Below, piece by piece: positions 47,709 to 59,003 of a DNA stretch of 64,000 nucleotides (its first letter is position 1; the number at the start of each line of letters is the position of its first letter). The notes under the pieces are model-generated. The model worked only from the letters and a program-made list of their open reading frames with translations, was not told where the DNA came from and did not search any database. The stretch lies in assembly GCA_963785305.1 (NCBI GenBank), contig CAWAUV010000001.1, forward strand, positions 64,001 to 128,000, written 5' to 3'. The DNA is from an uncultured Planctomycetaceae bacterium. Its GTDB lineage: Bacteria > Planctomycetota > Planctomycetia > Pirellulales > PALSA-1355. The translations under genes were made by a program, and so were the position numbers.

Positions 47709-48344
47709 ATGCCCGCCGAGACTTCCGGTCCGATTCGCGTGCTTTGCGTCGACGATCATCCGTTGGTGCGCAAGGGCATCGCCTCGATCCTCAGCAACGA
47801 GGCCGACATGGAATGGGTCGCCGAGGCGGGCAATGGCCGCGATGCCTTGGAGCTGTTTCGCCGCCACCGGCCCGATGTCACGCTGATGGACCTGCGCATG
47901 CCCGACCTAGACGGCATCGCCGCGACCCGATTGATTCGCGGCGAATTTCCCGATGCCAAGATCATCGCGCTCACGAGTTTCGATGGAGATCAAGACATTT
48001 ACCGCGCGCTCGAGGCCGGCGTGCGAGGCTACTTGCTCAAGGAGATGGTTCACACCGAGGTGTTGAACGCGATCCGCCGAGCGCATCGCAACGAGCGCTT
48101 GCTGCCGCCGGAGGTTTCCGAGCGATTGCAAAAACATTTCCCCGACGTGGCCCTCACGCCGCGCGAGGTCGAAGTGCTTTCGCTCGTGGCCCAAGGTTTG
48201 GCGAATAAAGAAATCGCCGCCCGCTTGGGCACGGCGAGCGGCACCGTGAAGATTCATGTGCAAAACATTCTCGCCAAACTCCGCGCCACCGACCGCACCC
48301 ATGCCGTGACCATCGCGTTGCAGCGCGGAATCTTGCATTATTGA
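47709..48344 (+). CDS. NarL/LuxR-family response regulator
   Basis: VDDHPLVRKG, MDLRMP, LTPREVEVL...NKEIA...TVKIHV. Confidence 0.95.
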   Translation: MPAETSGPIRVLCVDDHPLVRKGIASILSNEADMEWVAEAGNGRDALELFRRHRPDVTLMDLRMPDLDGIAATRLIRGEFPDAKIIALTSFDGDQDIYRALEAGVRGYLLKEMVHTEVLNAIRRAHRNERLLPPEVSERLQKHFPDVALTPREVEVLSLVAQGLANKEIAARLGTASGTVKIHVQNILAKLRATDRTHAVTIALQRGILHY

Positions 48345-48544
48345 AATCGCGGCAAACTTGCTCGCCCTGCTCGCTTCCGCCAAAATGACCGGCTTCAACC
48401 CGCTCATGTCGCGAGGCGCGAACGGCGCGCCAAGGATCGCGAAACTTTGCCGCGAACGAAGCATCGCGGCGGCGCGATTCTGCGCCGAACAGTGTTGCGA
48501 ATGTCCCGTTTAATTCGCCAGTGAATAATTCCCGAATTCGAGCG

Positions 48545-49678
48545 ATGAGCATGGCAATGACCGACTACGGGATCTATGAACTTTTCGCCGGTCGTCAAGC
48601 GGCGCTCTTGAGCGGGTTCATATTGGGGATCGCGGCTGCCTTCGGCGCGGCAATCGGCAGTTTTCTCAATGTGGTGGTTTATCGACTGCCGCTCGGATTG
48701 AGCTTGTCGCATCCCGGCTCGCATTGCCCGAAGTGCGGTCGCTCGATCCGCTGGCGCGACAACGTGCCCGTCTTCGGCTGGCTCTTGCTGCGCGGCCGCT
48801 GCCGCGATTGTCGCGCCCCGATCTCGAAACGCTATCCAGCGGTCGAAGCTCTTGTGGCGGCGCTCTTCGCCGGTTTTGCGTGGCTCGAAATCGTGTGCGA
48901 GGGAATCAACTTACCCTCGCGCTCGGTGGCGACGGTCGAGCCCGGTGTGCCCGTTGCCGACGCCGATCTTGCTTTCCTGGCGATTCGCTTTGCCGCCCAC
49001 ATGTTGCTCGCCACCACCTTGCTGGCCGCGGCGTTGATGGCGCGCGATGGCAGCCGGGCCCCGCTCCGCTTGTGGGCGCCGGCCCTGCTGCTGGGGTTTG
49101 CTTTACCCCTGGGCTGGCCCCTCATCCGGCCCGAGGCGCTCGCGCCAAGCATTGAAGCCCGATTGTGGGAAGTGAATATGCCGCCCGCGATTGTGGCGAG
49201 CGTTATCGGACTCGTCGAGGGGCTGTGCGGCTTGGCCGTGGGGCTGTCGTTGGGCGCGCTCGGTCCGATCGGCGAGCGTCATCTTGTTGGCGACTGGCCC
49301 GCGAAACTCGGCGAGCGGGTTCGGTCCAATGGGCTCGCGCTCGGGCTGGTCGGCCTGTTCCTTGGCGTGCAAGCGGTCTGCTGGGTGGCGATTGCGAGCT
49401 GGCTGGTCCACGCGGTGCTCGCGCGATTGGTTTCGCCGCGATGGCCGGGTGGAATTCGGCCCACAATCCACGTCTTGCCCATGGCGCCCGATCGTGCGCC
49501 GAGCGCGATCTTAACCGCCGTGATCGCGCTATTACTTGCTTGGCGATGGATCGCCCGCGCGCAAGCGGCCTCGGCCGTGCCACTGGCCGCTGGCCTCTTG
49601 CTCACGCTGCTGGCGCTCGCGGCCGTTCACATCGTCGCCGGGCGAAAGACTTCCATGCCACGCAACACGTTGGAGTGA
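48545..49678 (+). CDS. Prepilin peptidase (A24)-like membrane protein
   Basis: [41 protein letters not shown]; divergent C-terminal membrane part. Confidence 0.8.
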   Translation: MSMAMTDYGIYELFAGRQAALLSGFILGIAAAFGAAIGSFLNVVVYRLPLGLSLSHPGSHCPKCGRSIRWRDNVPVFGWLLLRGRCRDCRAPISKRYPAVEALVAALFAGFAWLEIVCEGINLPSRSVATVEPGVPVADADLAFLAIRFAAHMLLATTLLAAALMARDGSRAPLRLWAPALLLGFALPLGWPLIRPEALAPSIEARLWEVNMPPAIVASVIGLVEGLCGLAVGLSLGALGPIGERHLVGDWPAKLGERVRSNGLALGLVGLFLGVQAVCWVAIASWLVHAVLARLVSPRWPGGIRPTIHVLPMAPDRAPSAILTAVIALLLAWRWIARAQAASAVPLAAGLLLTLLALAAVHIVAGRKTSMPRNTLE

Positions 49679-49683
49679 TTCGC

Positions 49684-50496
49684 ATGATGAACCCCACACA
49701 AACCGCGGCCACCGGCGGCGCCCACGATCTTGATCCCCAGCGACCCACGGCCTTGATCACCGGCGGCGCCAAGCGCGTCGGGCTGGCCATCGTCGAACTG
49801 CTCGCGGAGCGGGGCTATCGAGTCGTGGTGCATGCGAATCGATCGCGCGACGAGGCCGAGGCGGTCGTCGGGCGGCTCGCCGAGGCCGGCCACGAAGCGC
49901 TCGCGGTGACGGGCGATGTGCGTGATTCAACAGCCGTGCGCCAGATGCTCGACGCCACGCTCGCCCGCTTCGGCCGCATCGATGCGCTGGTCAATTGCGC
50001 CGCGATCTGGCGCCGAAAGCCGCTCGAAGAGGTGACGGCCGACGATGTGCGCGAGCATTTCGAGGTCAATGCGCTCGGAACATTTCTGTGCTGCCGGGAG
50101 ATGGGCCTCGCCATGGCCGCGCAGTCCGATGGCGGAGCGATCGTGAATATCGGCGATTGGGCCGTGGCCCGGCCCTATGTCGACTTCGCCGCCTACTTTC
50201 CCTCGAAAGGCGCCATTCCCACGCTCACGCGCTGCCTGGCGATCGAGCTCGCCCAGCGAAACCCCCGGGTGCGCGTCAATGCGATCTTGCCCGGCCCGGT
50301 GCTGTTGCCGCCCGACATGCCGGCCGACGAGCGGGCCGAGGCGATCCATGCCACATTGGTCAAGCGCGAAGGCCATCCGCGGCACATTGCTCACGCCACC
50401 CTGTTTCTGATTGAAAACGATTTTGTCACCGGAGTGTCGCTGCCGGTCGATGGCGGGCGAACCATCTTCAACGGCAGCTTCGATCGCGACGGCTGA
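49684..50496 (+). CDS. SDR oxidoreductase, pteridine-reductase/FolM-like
   Basis: TGGAKRVG, VNCAA, IVNIGD, YFPSKG, VDGGR. Confidence 0.88.
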   Translation: MMNPTQTAATGGAHDLDPQRPTALITGGAKRVGLAIVELLAERGYRVVVHANRSRDEAEAVVGRLAEAGHEALAVTGDVRDSTAVRQMLDATLARFGRIDALVNCAAIWRRKPLEEVTADDVREHFEVNALGTFLCCREMGLAMAAQSDGGAIVNIGDWAVARPYVDFAAYFPSKGAIPTLTRCLAIELAQRNPRVRVNAILPGPVLLPPDMPADERAEAIHATLVKREGHPRHIAHATLFLIENDFVTGVSLPVDGGRTIFNGSFDRDG

Positions 50497-50599
50497 GCGG
50501 AAATCTTGTTCGGAAGATTGCGGACAAACATTTCGCGGCAAGAAAAATACGGTTATAATCATCAGTTGGTGGAGGTTCTGGCCGATCCGAGGGGCTCCG

Positions 50600-53500
50600 A
50601 TGTTTCGACTCGCTCGATTGCCGCTGTTCGTGAAGCGTCGTGGCGACTCGATTCGCCGCGGGCCAATGCTATTGCTTGCGGCGCTCATCGCCAGCGTGGC
50701 GCTTAGCCCTGCGCCGCGCGGGCCGAGCGACCGGTCGATTTCGATCGCGATATTCGGCCGCTTTTCGCCGAGCGCTGCTTCAAGTGCCACGGCGGCGCAA
50801 AACCGGCCGGCGGTCTCAATCTGACCGACGCCAAGAAGGCCCTGCGCGAGGCCGATTCGGGCCGACGCGCGATTCTTGCGGGGCGGCCCGAGGAAAGCGA
50901 ACTGCTGAGGCGAGCTGCCAGCCACGACCCCGACGAGCGCATGCCACCCCAAGGCGAGCGGCTTTCGTCCGCCGAACAAGCGCGGCTTCGCGAGTGGATC
51001 GCCGCCGGTGCGCCATGGCCCGGTCATTGGGCCTACCGGGCGCTCGAGGCTCCTCCCGTTCCCGACCTCGCGGACGCCAAGTTCCCGGGAACAGCGTCTT
51101 TCGACGCGCGGTCGTGGGCCCTCGCTCCGATCGATCGGTTCGTGGCCCGGGAGCTCGTCGAGCGGGGATTGTCGCCTTCCCCCGAGGCGGATCGGCGAAC
51201 ACTGCTCCGACGTGTTTCGCTCGACTTGACCGGACTGCCGCCGACCTACGAGCAAACCCAGGCGTTTCTCGCCGACACCGCGCCCGATGCCTACGAGCGC
51301 GTGGTCGATCGATTGCTGGCCAGTCCGGCCCACGGCGAGCGCCGGGCGCGGCACTGGATGGATTTGGTTCACTTCGCCGAGAGCCACGGACAAGATCAAG
51401 ACCGCCCTCGCGAGCATGCGTGGCCCTACCGCGACTATTTGATTCGCGCGCTCAACGAAGACAAGCCGTATTCCCGCTTTGTCGAGGAGCAAGTGGCCGG
51501 CGATGTGCTCTTTCCCGACGACGCTTGGGCGACCGTGGCCACCGGTTTCTTGGCCGCCGGCCCGTGGGACGAAAGTTCACTGCGCGATATTCGCGAAGAC
51601 TCGGCCGACCGCGAGATCGGCCGTTATCTCGACCGCGACGATATCGTGACCACGGTGATGCAGACCTTCGCGAGCGCCACGGTGCAATGTGCCCGCTGCC
51701 ACGATCACAAGTTCGACCCGATCTCGCAGCAAGATTATTATTCGCTGCAAGCCGTGTTCGCCGGCACCGACAAAGCCAACCGGCCCTACGACACCGACCC
51801 CGGCGTGGCGTCGGCTCGCCGCGAGCGACTGGAGCTAAAAGCGAGTTTACCGCGCATGCTTTCGGAGCACGACTCCGCGCTCATCGACGCCGAGCTTCAG
51901 TCGCGAGTCGCGGAGTGGGAAGCATCGCTGGCGCCCAAGCAATTGAATTGGCAAGTGACGGGCATTGCGAGCGCGCATTCGGCCGATGGGGTTCCCTTGA
52001 CCTTGCTCGACGATGGCTCGCTCTTGGCCGGAGGCGCCGCGCCGCTGGTCGACACCTACACGATCGTGCTTCGCGCTCCGCAGTCGATCGTGCGGGCGCT
52101 CAAGATCGAAGTCTTGCCCGACGAGCGTCTGCCGCATGGTGGACCCGGCCGCGCGGAAAACGGAAATTTTCATCTGAGCGAGGTGCGTGTCGAGGCGATC
52201 GAATCGCCCGGCCTCGGCGATTTGGCGGACCTTGCTCGCGCTGCCACTCCGGGGCGCCGCCTCAAGCTCGAGCATCCGGTGGCCGACTTCGATCAAGCCG
52301 ATTGGAATTTCTCGAAGGCGATCGATGACAAGCCCGAAACCGCCTGGGGCATCCATCCCGAAGAAGGCAAGCCGCACCACGCCGTGATCGCGTTCGACGC
52401 ACCGGTGTCCAGCCGAGCGGCGAACGACTCGCGGCCCGGCTCGGAGACGGGCTCGCCGCCGGGAGTGGCGCTGCGCGTGGTGCTCGAACAACTTCATGGC
52501 CGGAATCATGTGATCGGCCGGCTGCGGCTTTGGTCGAGCGATGTCGCGCCCGCCGGCGGAGCCGCGAAACCGGCCAAGCCCGAAATCGCCGCGATTCTTG
52601 CAACGCCCGCGGGCGAGCGCGGCGACGATCAGCGGCGCCGCTTGGCCGCGGCCTATCTCGAGGAGAAGGCCGACCGCGAATTGGCCGCGTTGCCGGCGCC
52701 GTCGCTGGTGTACTGCGGCACGAGCCGCTTCGCGGCCGAGGGATCGTTTCGCCCGACGCCGGCGCCGCGGAAAGTGTGCGTGCTGCATCGCGGGCAGTTG
52801 AACGACCCGCGCGGCGAGGCCTTGCCCGGGGCTTTGAGCTGCGTGGAGGGGCTTGGCCGGGAGCTCGCGATCAGCGAACTGGCGAATGAAGGCGAGCGCC
52901 GGGCCGCGCTGGCCCATTGGCTGAGCGACCGGCGCAACGGACTCACGTGGCGCTCGATCGTCAATCGGCTTTGGCAGCATCACCTGGGCCAAGGTCTGGT
53001 TGAAACTCAAAGCGACTTCGGCCGCATGGGGGCCGCGCCTTCGCATCCGGAACTGCTTGATTATCTCGCGGCCGAGCTGCGCGATCATGGCGGCTCGCTT
53101 AAACACTTGCACCGACTCATCGTCACAAGCGCCGTCTATCGCCAATCGAGCGATGAACAACCGCGCGACGGGCTCGCCGGCGACGCGTTGGCGAGCCAGC
53201 GCGAGCAGGACCCGAGCGATCGGTGGCTGTGGCGCATGCGGCGCCGTCGGCTCGACGCGGAATCGCTGCGCGATAGTTTGCTATTTCTTTCGGGCAAGCT
53301 CGACTCGAGCATGGGCGGACCCTCGGTCAAACAGTTCGTGCAAACGCCGGGCGTGCATGTAACGCCCAATGTCGATTACTTTGCCTTTCCGCTCGACGAT
53401 CCGGCCAACCGGCGCCGTAGCGTGTATCGTTTCCTGTTCCGCACATTGCCCGACCCATTCATGGAATCGCTCGACTGCCCCGATGCTTCGCAGTTGACGC

Positions 53501-53763
53501 CGCGGCGGACCGAATCGGTTACCGCCCTGCAAGCGCTGGCCACGCTCCACGATCGGCTCGTCGTTCGCCAATGTGAATTCATGGCCGAGCGCATCGAAAA
53601 CGAATCGCCCGGCGAGCCTGCCCGGCAACTGTTTCACACGCTCTTACGCCGCGAGCCGCGGCCCGAGGAGGCTCGCGCCTTGGGCGACTATATTGCTCGG
53701 CACGGTCTGGCCAACGCCTGCCGATTCGTGATCAACACCAACGAATTCATGTTCGTCGATTAA
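50600..53763 (+). CDS. Planctomycete cytochrome-c/DUF1549/DUF1553 protein (frameshift ~50715)
   Basis: VDFDRDIRPLFAERCFKCHG, HWAY, RRVSLDLTGLPP, AWPYRDY, QCARCHDHKFDPI, PSHPELLD, RLDAESLRD, NTNEFMFVD. Confidence 0.92.
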
Positions 53764-53781
53764 GGAACGAGGGTCGAAGCC

Positions 53782-55252
53782 ATGCATCAATCGCCCGATC
53801 GCTCCGCCACACGCTCCCAGGGCTCGGTTCGCGTTGCCGGGCTCGATCGTCGCGAATTTCTGTTTCGCTCGGGCGGTGGATTCGGCGCCGTGGCGCTCGC
53901 GCACTTGCTCGGCGAGAGCGATCTCGCGGCCGAGGGCCAATCGCCCGGCGCCGATCTCAACGGCGGGTTGCATCATCGGGCCAAAGCGCGGCGCGTGATC
54001 CAATTGTTCATGAATGGCGGCGTGAGCCAAATGGACACATTCGACTACAAGCCCGAGCTCACGCGGCGGCATGGCGAAAAGATCGACTTCGGACTCAAGG
54101 CGGCGGTCACGAGCGAAGCCGGCGCGGTGATGAAATCGCCTTTCGAGTTCAAGCAACATGGTCAATGCGGACGCTGGGTAAGCAGCGTGTTTCCCGAGAT
54201 CGCCGGCCATGTCGATGACCTGGCGGTGCTCATGGCGATGACCGCGCCGACGAATGTGCATGGGCCGGCAAGCTACTTACAGTCGACCGGCTTCCAAATG
54301 CCCGGCTATCCGTCGTTTGGCGCCTGGGTTTCCTATGGACTGGGGCGCATTGCCGATGATCTGCCCGCATTCGTGGTGCTACCGGACTCGCGCGGACTGC
54401 CCTACAACAGCACCGGAGACTTCGGCGCGGGCTTCCTGCCCGCCGCGCATGCCGGCACGGTGATTCGCCCCACGAGCGCCAACCCGGTTCCGTTTCTGAA
54501 TCCACCGACCGGCGCGCGTGGCATTTCCGCGGAGAGCGAACGCGATGGTTTGGCGATGCTCGCCGAGATGAATCGCCGCCACGCCGCCGAGCATCCGGGC
54601 GATTCGCGGCTCGATGCGCGGATCACCGCCTTCGAGCTCGCGGCCAAGATGCAAACCCGGCGCCCGAAGCGCTCGATCTTCGCGCGAGACCGAAGCCACG
54701 GCGCGGCTTTATGGCCTCGACAATGAGACGACCGCCCCATTCGGCCGGAGTTGCCTCACGGCGCGGCGGCTGGCCGAGCGGGGAGTGCGATTCGTGCAGG
54801 TGTGGAGCGGCATGGCCGGTCCGAAGAACAATTGGGACAACCACAACGATATTCCGAGCGAGCTCCCCTCGATTGCCCGCATGGTCGATCGACCGATCGC
54901 CGGGCTGCTCACCGATCTCAAGCAGCGTGGTCTTTTGGAGGACACGCTCGTGATCTGGACCACGGAGTTCGGCCGAATGCCCTTTACGCAAGGCGCCACG
55001 GGACGAGACCACAATGGCGGCTCGTTCGTCTCATGGATGGCTGGCGGCGGAGCGCGCGGAGGAACCGCAATCGGCCAAAGCGATGAATTCGCGTTCAAGG
55101 CCGCGGAAAACGCCACCACCGGCTACGATATGCACGCCACGGCTCTGCATCTCCTGGGCATCGACCACACCCGGCTCGTGGTGCGGCTGAGTGGCATCGA
55201 TCGACGGCTGACCGATGTGCATGGTCGCGTGCTGTCCGAGCTTGTGGCGTGA
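53782..55252 (+). CDS. DUF1501 protein with Tat motif (frameshift ~54660)
   Basis: DRREFL, GGVSQMDTFDYKP, ARRLAERGVRFVQ, WDNH, TEFGRMP, GRDHN, RLTDVHG. Confidence 0.92.
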
Positions 55253-55295
55253 GACCGCGCTATCGCGAATTTCGCCGCGGGCTCGGGCGCCGGTT

Positions 55296-55721
55296 TCAGG
55301 CGGCATGCGGATCGGCCGCCGCGCGCAGGAAACGTCCGCCGCTTTCGTACCAACCATGTTCGGTGAAGCGGCACCAGGTGACCTCCATCAAGAAATGCGC
55401 GCCGAGTCCCTGCGACGAGCGCAGCGACGCGATGATTCTGCGATAGGGCAGCGGCTTCGGATGATAGAAGCCCAGGCCGCGCTCCGATAAATGCTTGCCC
55501 ACCACGACAAGCGATTCGGCGAGCGGCGCCTGGCCGTCGGGGCCGATCGGCGTGAGCAACACGAGATTGGGATAGGGAAATCGCTGCGCGGCGCGTCGCT
55601 CCGAGGCGTCGCGCGGCGAATGCGAGCCCGAAAGCAGCGACCAGACTTGCTCTCGCAAGCGCTCATCGGCCGAGATCGGCCCTTCGATAGTCAATAATCG
55701 TTCCGACGCGGCTAAACTCAT
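55296..55721 (-). CDS. PilZ-like domain protein
   Basis: ERRAAQRFPY (RxxxR), KHLSERGLGF, WCRF...YESGGRF. Confidence 0.65.
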   Translation of the reverse strand: MSLAASERLLTIEGPISADERLREQVWSLLSGSHSPRDASERRAAQRFPYPNLVLLTPIGPDGQAPLAESLVVVGKHLSERGLGFYHPKPLPYRRIIASLRSSQGLGAHFLMEVTWCRFTEHGWYESGGRFLRAAADPHAA

Positions 55722-56000
55722 GGGGCGCCTCTTCAAGGGGTTCCCTTTCGGCGCGTTCGCGACCGCCGGAATGAAATCCGGTCAAGCGGAGCGCACCCAG
55801 GGCGGCACGATGGCCAAGAAAGAATGGGGTTTCAGCGCAGTGGGAGATCAGGGGGACGAACCAACGAACTCGAAGACAAGACGTGCGCCGCGGCGTCGAG
55901 GTTCACGGACGCGCGGCGGGACTAACTTTTCGCGTTCGGCGGCCCCGCGAGTTCCCGCCGGAGCCGAAAACTTCGCTTGGGCTGTGTCGATGGAAACAAA

Positions 56001-56963
56001 TCAATAAAACTTCGACGCAATCGCTCCCCGCCGCAGCGCCGAGCGCGGGCCGGGCGCCGTGGCCGTGCGGCGATGTTCGATCAAGGTTCGATTTTCACGC
56101 AACGGAGCATAGTCGGGCGCGATCGCGAGCCCGGCGTCGATCTTTTCGAGCGCCTGGGCAAAATCTCCCGAGTCGGCCAGCGTGAGGGCCCAATTGTTCC
56201 AAGCGGCCAGTAGGTTTTGTTTCGCGGCGCCGCAGTCGCGGTCGAGTTCGAGCGCGGTTTGGTTGAGCGCCACGGCCGCCGCATAGTCGCGCGCCGCCAG
56301 CCGCTCGACGCCGCGGTTGTGGTAATACGTGGCCAAGAGCTGCGTGGCGCGAATCAAGCGGCCCGGCGGTCGTGGGCGGCTTTCATCCGCCGGAGCGTTC
56401 GCCGCCAGCGACTGAACCGCCGGTGGCCGGCGTGTCATTTCCACCACCGCCGCGACGCCCTGGGGATCGACCACCACCAACACATGAGCCGGCGCTTCGC
56501 AAGCCACGGCTTCGACGCCCAGTCGCTCGGCCAGCGCTATAAGCAGTGTGCTGGCGGTAATGCAATTGAAACTCCCGTGGTGAAACATGTCGCCCACGCT
56601 GTTGACGCTTCCGTCGTAGTCGCCCATCAGCACGCGATCGTGCAAGAAGCGATGCATCGCTTCGGCCCGCGCGACCATCGGAAGATCGAAATCCTCGCTC
56701 GCGCGGAACTCCTCGGCCAAGGCTTCGAGCCGGGCCTCGCAGTCGCGCGCCAAGCTCGCGTCGCTCGAACCGCCGGCCACGAGCGCCGCGGCGATCAAGG
56801 AATGCCGGTCGAGCCGGCCATCTTGGGCGTCGGCCAGCAACCGAGCCTCGCTCGACGAGCGAGTGGGGATCGCGGGCGTCGCCGCCAACACGGGAATAAC
56901 CGTCGCCCAAACCAGCGCCACGACAGGCGCGCGGGCGACGCGATGGGTTCGTCGATCGGGCAT
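56001..56963 (-). CDS. Transglutaminase-like (Cys/His) plus TPR secreted or membrane protein
   Basis: Hydrophobic N-segment; GSFNCITAS...PAHVLV; TPR-like YYHNRGV, WNNWAL. Confidence 0.7.
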   Translation of the reverse strand: MPDRRTHRVARAPVVALVWATVIPVLAATPAIPTRSSSEARLLADAQDGRLDRHSLIAAALVAGGSSDASLARDCEARLEALAEEFRASEDFDLPMVARAEAMHRFLHDRVLMGDYDGSVNSVGDMFHHGSFNCITASTLLIALAERLGVEAVACEAPAHVLVVVDPQGVAAVVEMTRRPPAVQSLAANAPADESRPRPPGRLIRATQLLATYYHNRGVERLAARDYAAAVALNQTALELDRDCGAAKQNLLAAWNNWALTLADSGDFAQALEKIDAGLAIAPDYAPLRENRTLIEHRRTATAPGPRSALRRGAIASKFY

Positions 56964-57112
56964 ACGGGGCGCTCGAGCGATGCGAGGGCGAAAAACCAAG
57001 ACGAGATGCGGCGGTCGAGTCGGTTCGCCGCCGCGCGGCCCAACGACGACTCCGCAAGGAAAATATAGAACACGATTTCGCCCCGCGCCGGCCACGCTCG
57101 ATGGCCGAGCGA

Positions 57113-57879
57113 TTATTTGCCCGCCATGCGAATCGCGGCGTCGAGCCGGATCACCGAGCCATTGTGCATCGGGTTTTCCAGAATCTGTTGGGCAAGCGAG
57201 GCAAACTCGTCGGGCCGGCCCAACCGGGGCGGAAACGGCGCTTGCGCGGCAAGCGACTCTTGCATCGCGGCGTCGAGGCCCAAGACCATGGGCGTTTCGA
57301 ATACTCCCGGCGCAATCGCCACGACACGAATCCCGAACCGGGCCAGTTCCCGCGCCGCCGGCAACACCAACGACGCCACGCCGCCCTTCGAGGCGGCATA
57401 AGCCGCCTGACCAATCTGACCGTCAAAAGCCGCCACGCTCGCCGTGAGCACGATCGCGCCGCGCTCGCCCTCGGCGTCGGGCCGATTATCGCTCATGGCC
57501 GCGGCCGCGAGACGCAGCACATTGAATGTGCCCACGAGGTTCACGCGCACGATGCGTTCGAATAGCGCGAGATCATGGGGCCCGGTCTTGCCGGCGATCC
57601 TCGCGCCGCCAATCACGCCGGCGCAATGCACCACTCCGTTCAGTTCGCCCCATCGCGCTCGCACGACGTGTATCGCGGCGCGCACTTCGGCTTCGCTCGT
57701 GACATCGGCCCTGACGAAATGGGTCGCGGCGCCAAGCTCCTCGGCCAGCCGGCGGCCATCGGCTTCGGCCAGATCGACAAGAGCGCCCTGCCGCCGAGCG
57801 TCACGAGCCGCCGGGCCGTGGCCGCTCCCAGGCCCGAACTGCCACCGGTGACGAGAAACGCATGATCGCGGATTTGCAT
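57113..57879 (-). CDS. SDR, type II 3-hydroxyacyl-CoA dehydrogenase-like (frameshift ~57790)
   Basis: [55 protein letters not shown]. Confidence 0.92.
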
Positions 57880-57929
57880 GCCGTGGCTCCAAGTTTCAGA
57901 ATGTGCGGCGGTCGAGTCTCGGTCACGCG

Positions 57930-58098
57930 CTAGTGCTTTGTCACGGCTGAAATGATAGGTAACCCCGTGTGCCATGCCCACGCCCAGCGTGGGCATGTTT
58001 TCGAAGCGCCACGCGGAGTCCTCATGCCCACGCTGGGCCGTGGGCATGGCACGTCGAACCAATCCAACCCGTCATTTCAATTGTGACAATGCGCTTAG
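57930..58098. mobile_element. MITE-like element with ~30-bp imperfect TIRs enclosing an inverted pair of REP-like hairpins
   Basis: Left CTAGTGCTTTGTCACGGCTGAAATGATAGG vs right (reverse complement) CTAAGCGCATTGTCACAATTGAAATGACGGG; internal GTGCCATGCCCACGCCCAGCGTGGGCATG (57969-57997) and its inverted copy (58023-58052). Confidence 0.75.
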
Positions 58099-58792
58099 GT
58101 TTGGGAGCCGAGTTCGGAAGTGCCGCTCGCGCCTTGTTTCGTTCGGCGATCGCGCGGCGGAGCACGCGCACCATGTAGAAGCGTCGGTCTTTCGAGAGCA
58201 TCGAGCCGAATTCGGTTCGCGACTCCGGGCCTTCGAGTGAAATGGCCCATTGAGGCGAGTTCGACCGTTGCGGTCGATTCGATTCGATTTCCCGAATGCG
58301 CGTGACGTCGTTCCACGAAAATCGGCGCCGGTGGCCGATAATGCCGATGCCCGTGAAAATCTCACCGATGTCGCCCTGAATGGAGACGATTTGCCGTCCA
58401 AACACCGACAGGAGCGACACGGTCACGAGTACGACCGAACCGATGGCGAAGGGAATTCCGAACAGCGATATTCCCCAATTGAATTGGCCCTGAACGATTT
58501 GCGTTCCATAGATTCCCGCCATGCTGCCGCCGGCCCAGACCGCGGTAAACGGAACAATGAACAAGGCGGCCCAGGAACGCATCGTCGCTCCGAGTCGCCA
58601 GCCGTCGAACAAGGGCTCGAACCACACCCCTGGCGGCGGGTTATTGACATCGCCGGCGCGGCTTTCGCCGGTTTCCAGAATCTCGGAGAGCTGAAAGGCT
58701 TGGCCGCAGCTTGTGCAAAAAGCCAAGTCGGTCGAGGCATTGACCTGCTCGGCCGCGATTTCGCGATCGCAGATGGGGCAAACCACTCGCAT
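58022..58792 (-). CDS. Zn-ribbon plus two-TM plus PH-like domain membrane protein (paralog 2)
   Basis: CPIC...CTSC, NPPPGVWFE, two TM helices, GEIFTGIG..GHRRRFSW, EFGSMLS; the 3' end runs into the MITE-like element. Confidence 0.75.
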   Translation of the reverse strand: MRVVCPICDREIAAEQVNASTDLAFCTSCGQAFQLSEILETGESRAGDVNNPPPGVWFEPLFDGWRLGATMRSWAALFIVPFTAVWAGGSMAGIYGTQIVQGQFNWGISLFGIPFAIGSVVLVTVSLLSVFGRQIVSIQGDIGEIFTGIGIIGHRRRFSWNDVTRIREIESNRPQRSNSPQWAISLEGPESRTEFGSMLSKDRRFYMVRVLRRAIAERNKARAALPNSAPKPKRIVTIEMTGWIGSTCHAHGPAWA

Positions 58793-59003
58793 CGATCGTG
58801 AGTCCTTCCGGAGTTTGGGGCCATGGGATGGGCCGAGTCGATTAAGTTCCCGCCTGTTCCGAAGAGGCTTCGCTCGAGTCGCCACCGCGCCGAACTTCGC
58901 GATTATACCGCTTTTCCGCCGCGCTCCGCTTCCCAGGAGCGGTCAAAAAACGGATTTCGCCCCAAAACCCCACACGATTCGGGAGCGGGTAGTCTTGGGA
59001 AGA

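Noticed and set aside
48346..48455. 10-bp inverted repeat (TCGCGGCAAA/TTTGCCGCGA) and faint similarity to 20850-20960
   Set aside because: Too short and too patchy to distinguish from chance in GC-rich intergenic DNA.
55722..56000. c-di-GMP riboswitch upstream of the PilZ-like gene
   Set aside because: I could not identify the conserved aptamer motifs.
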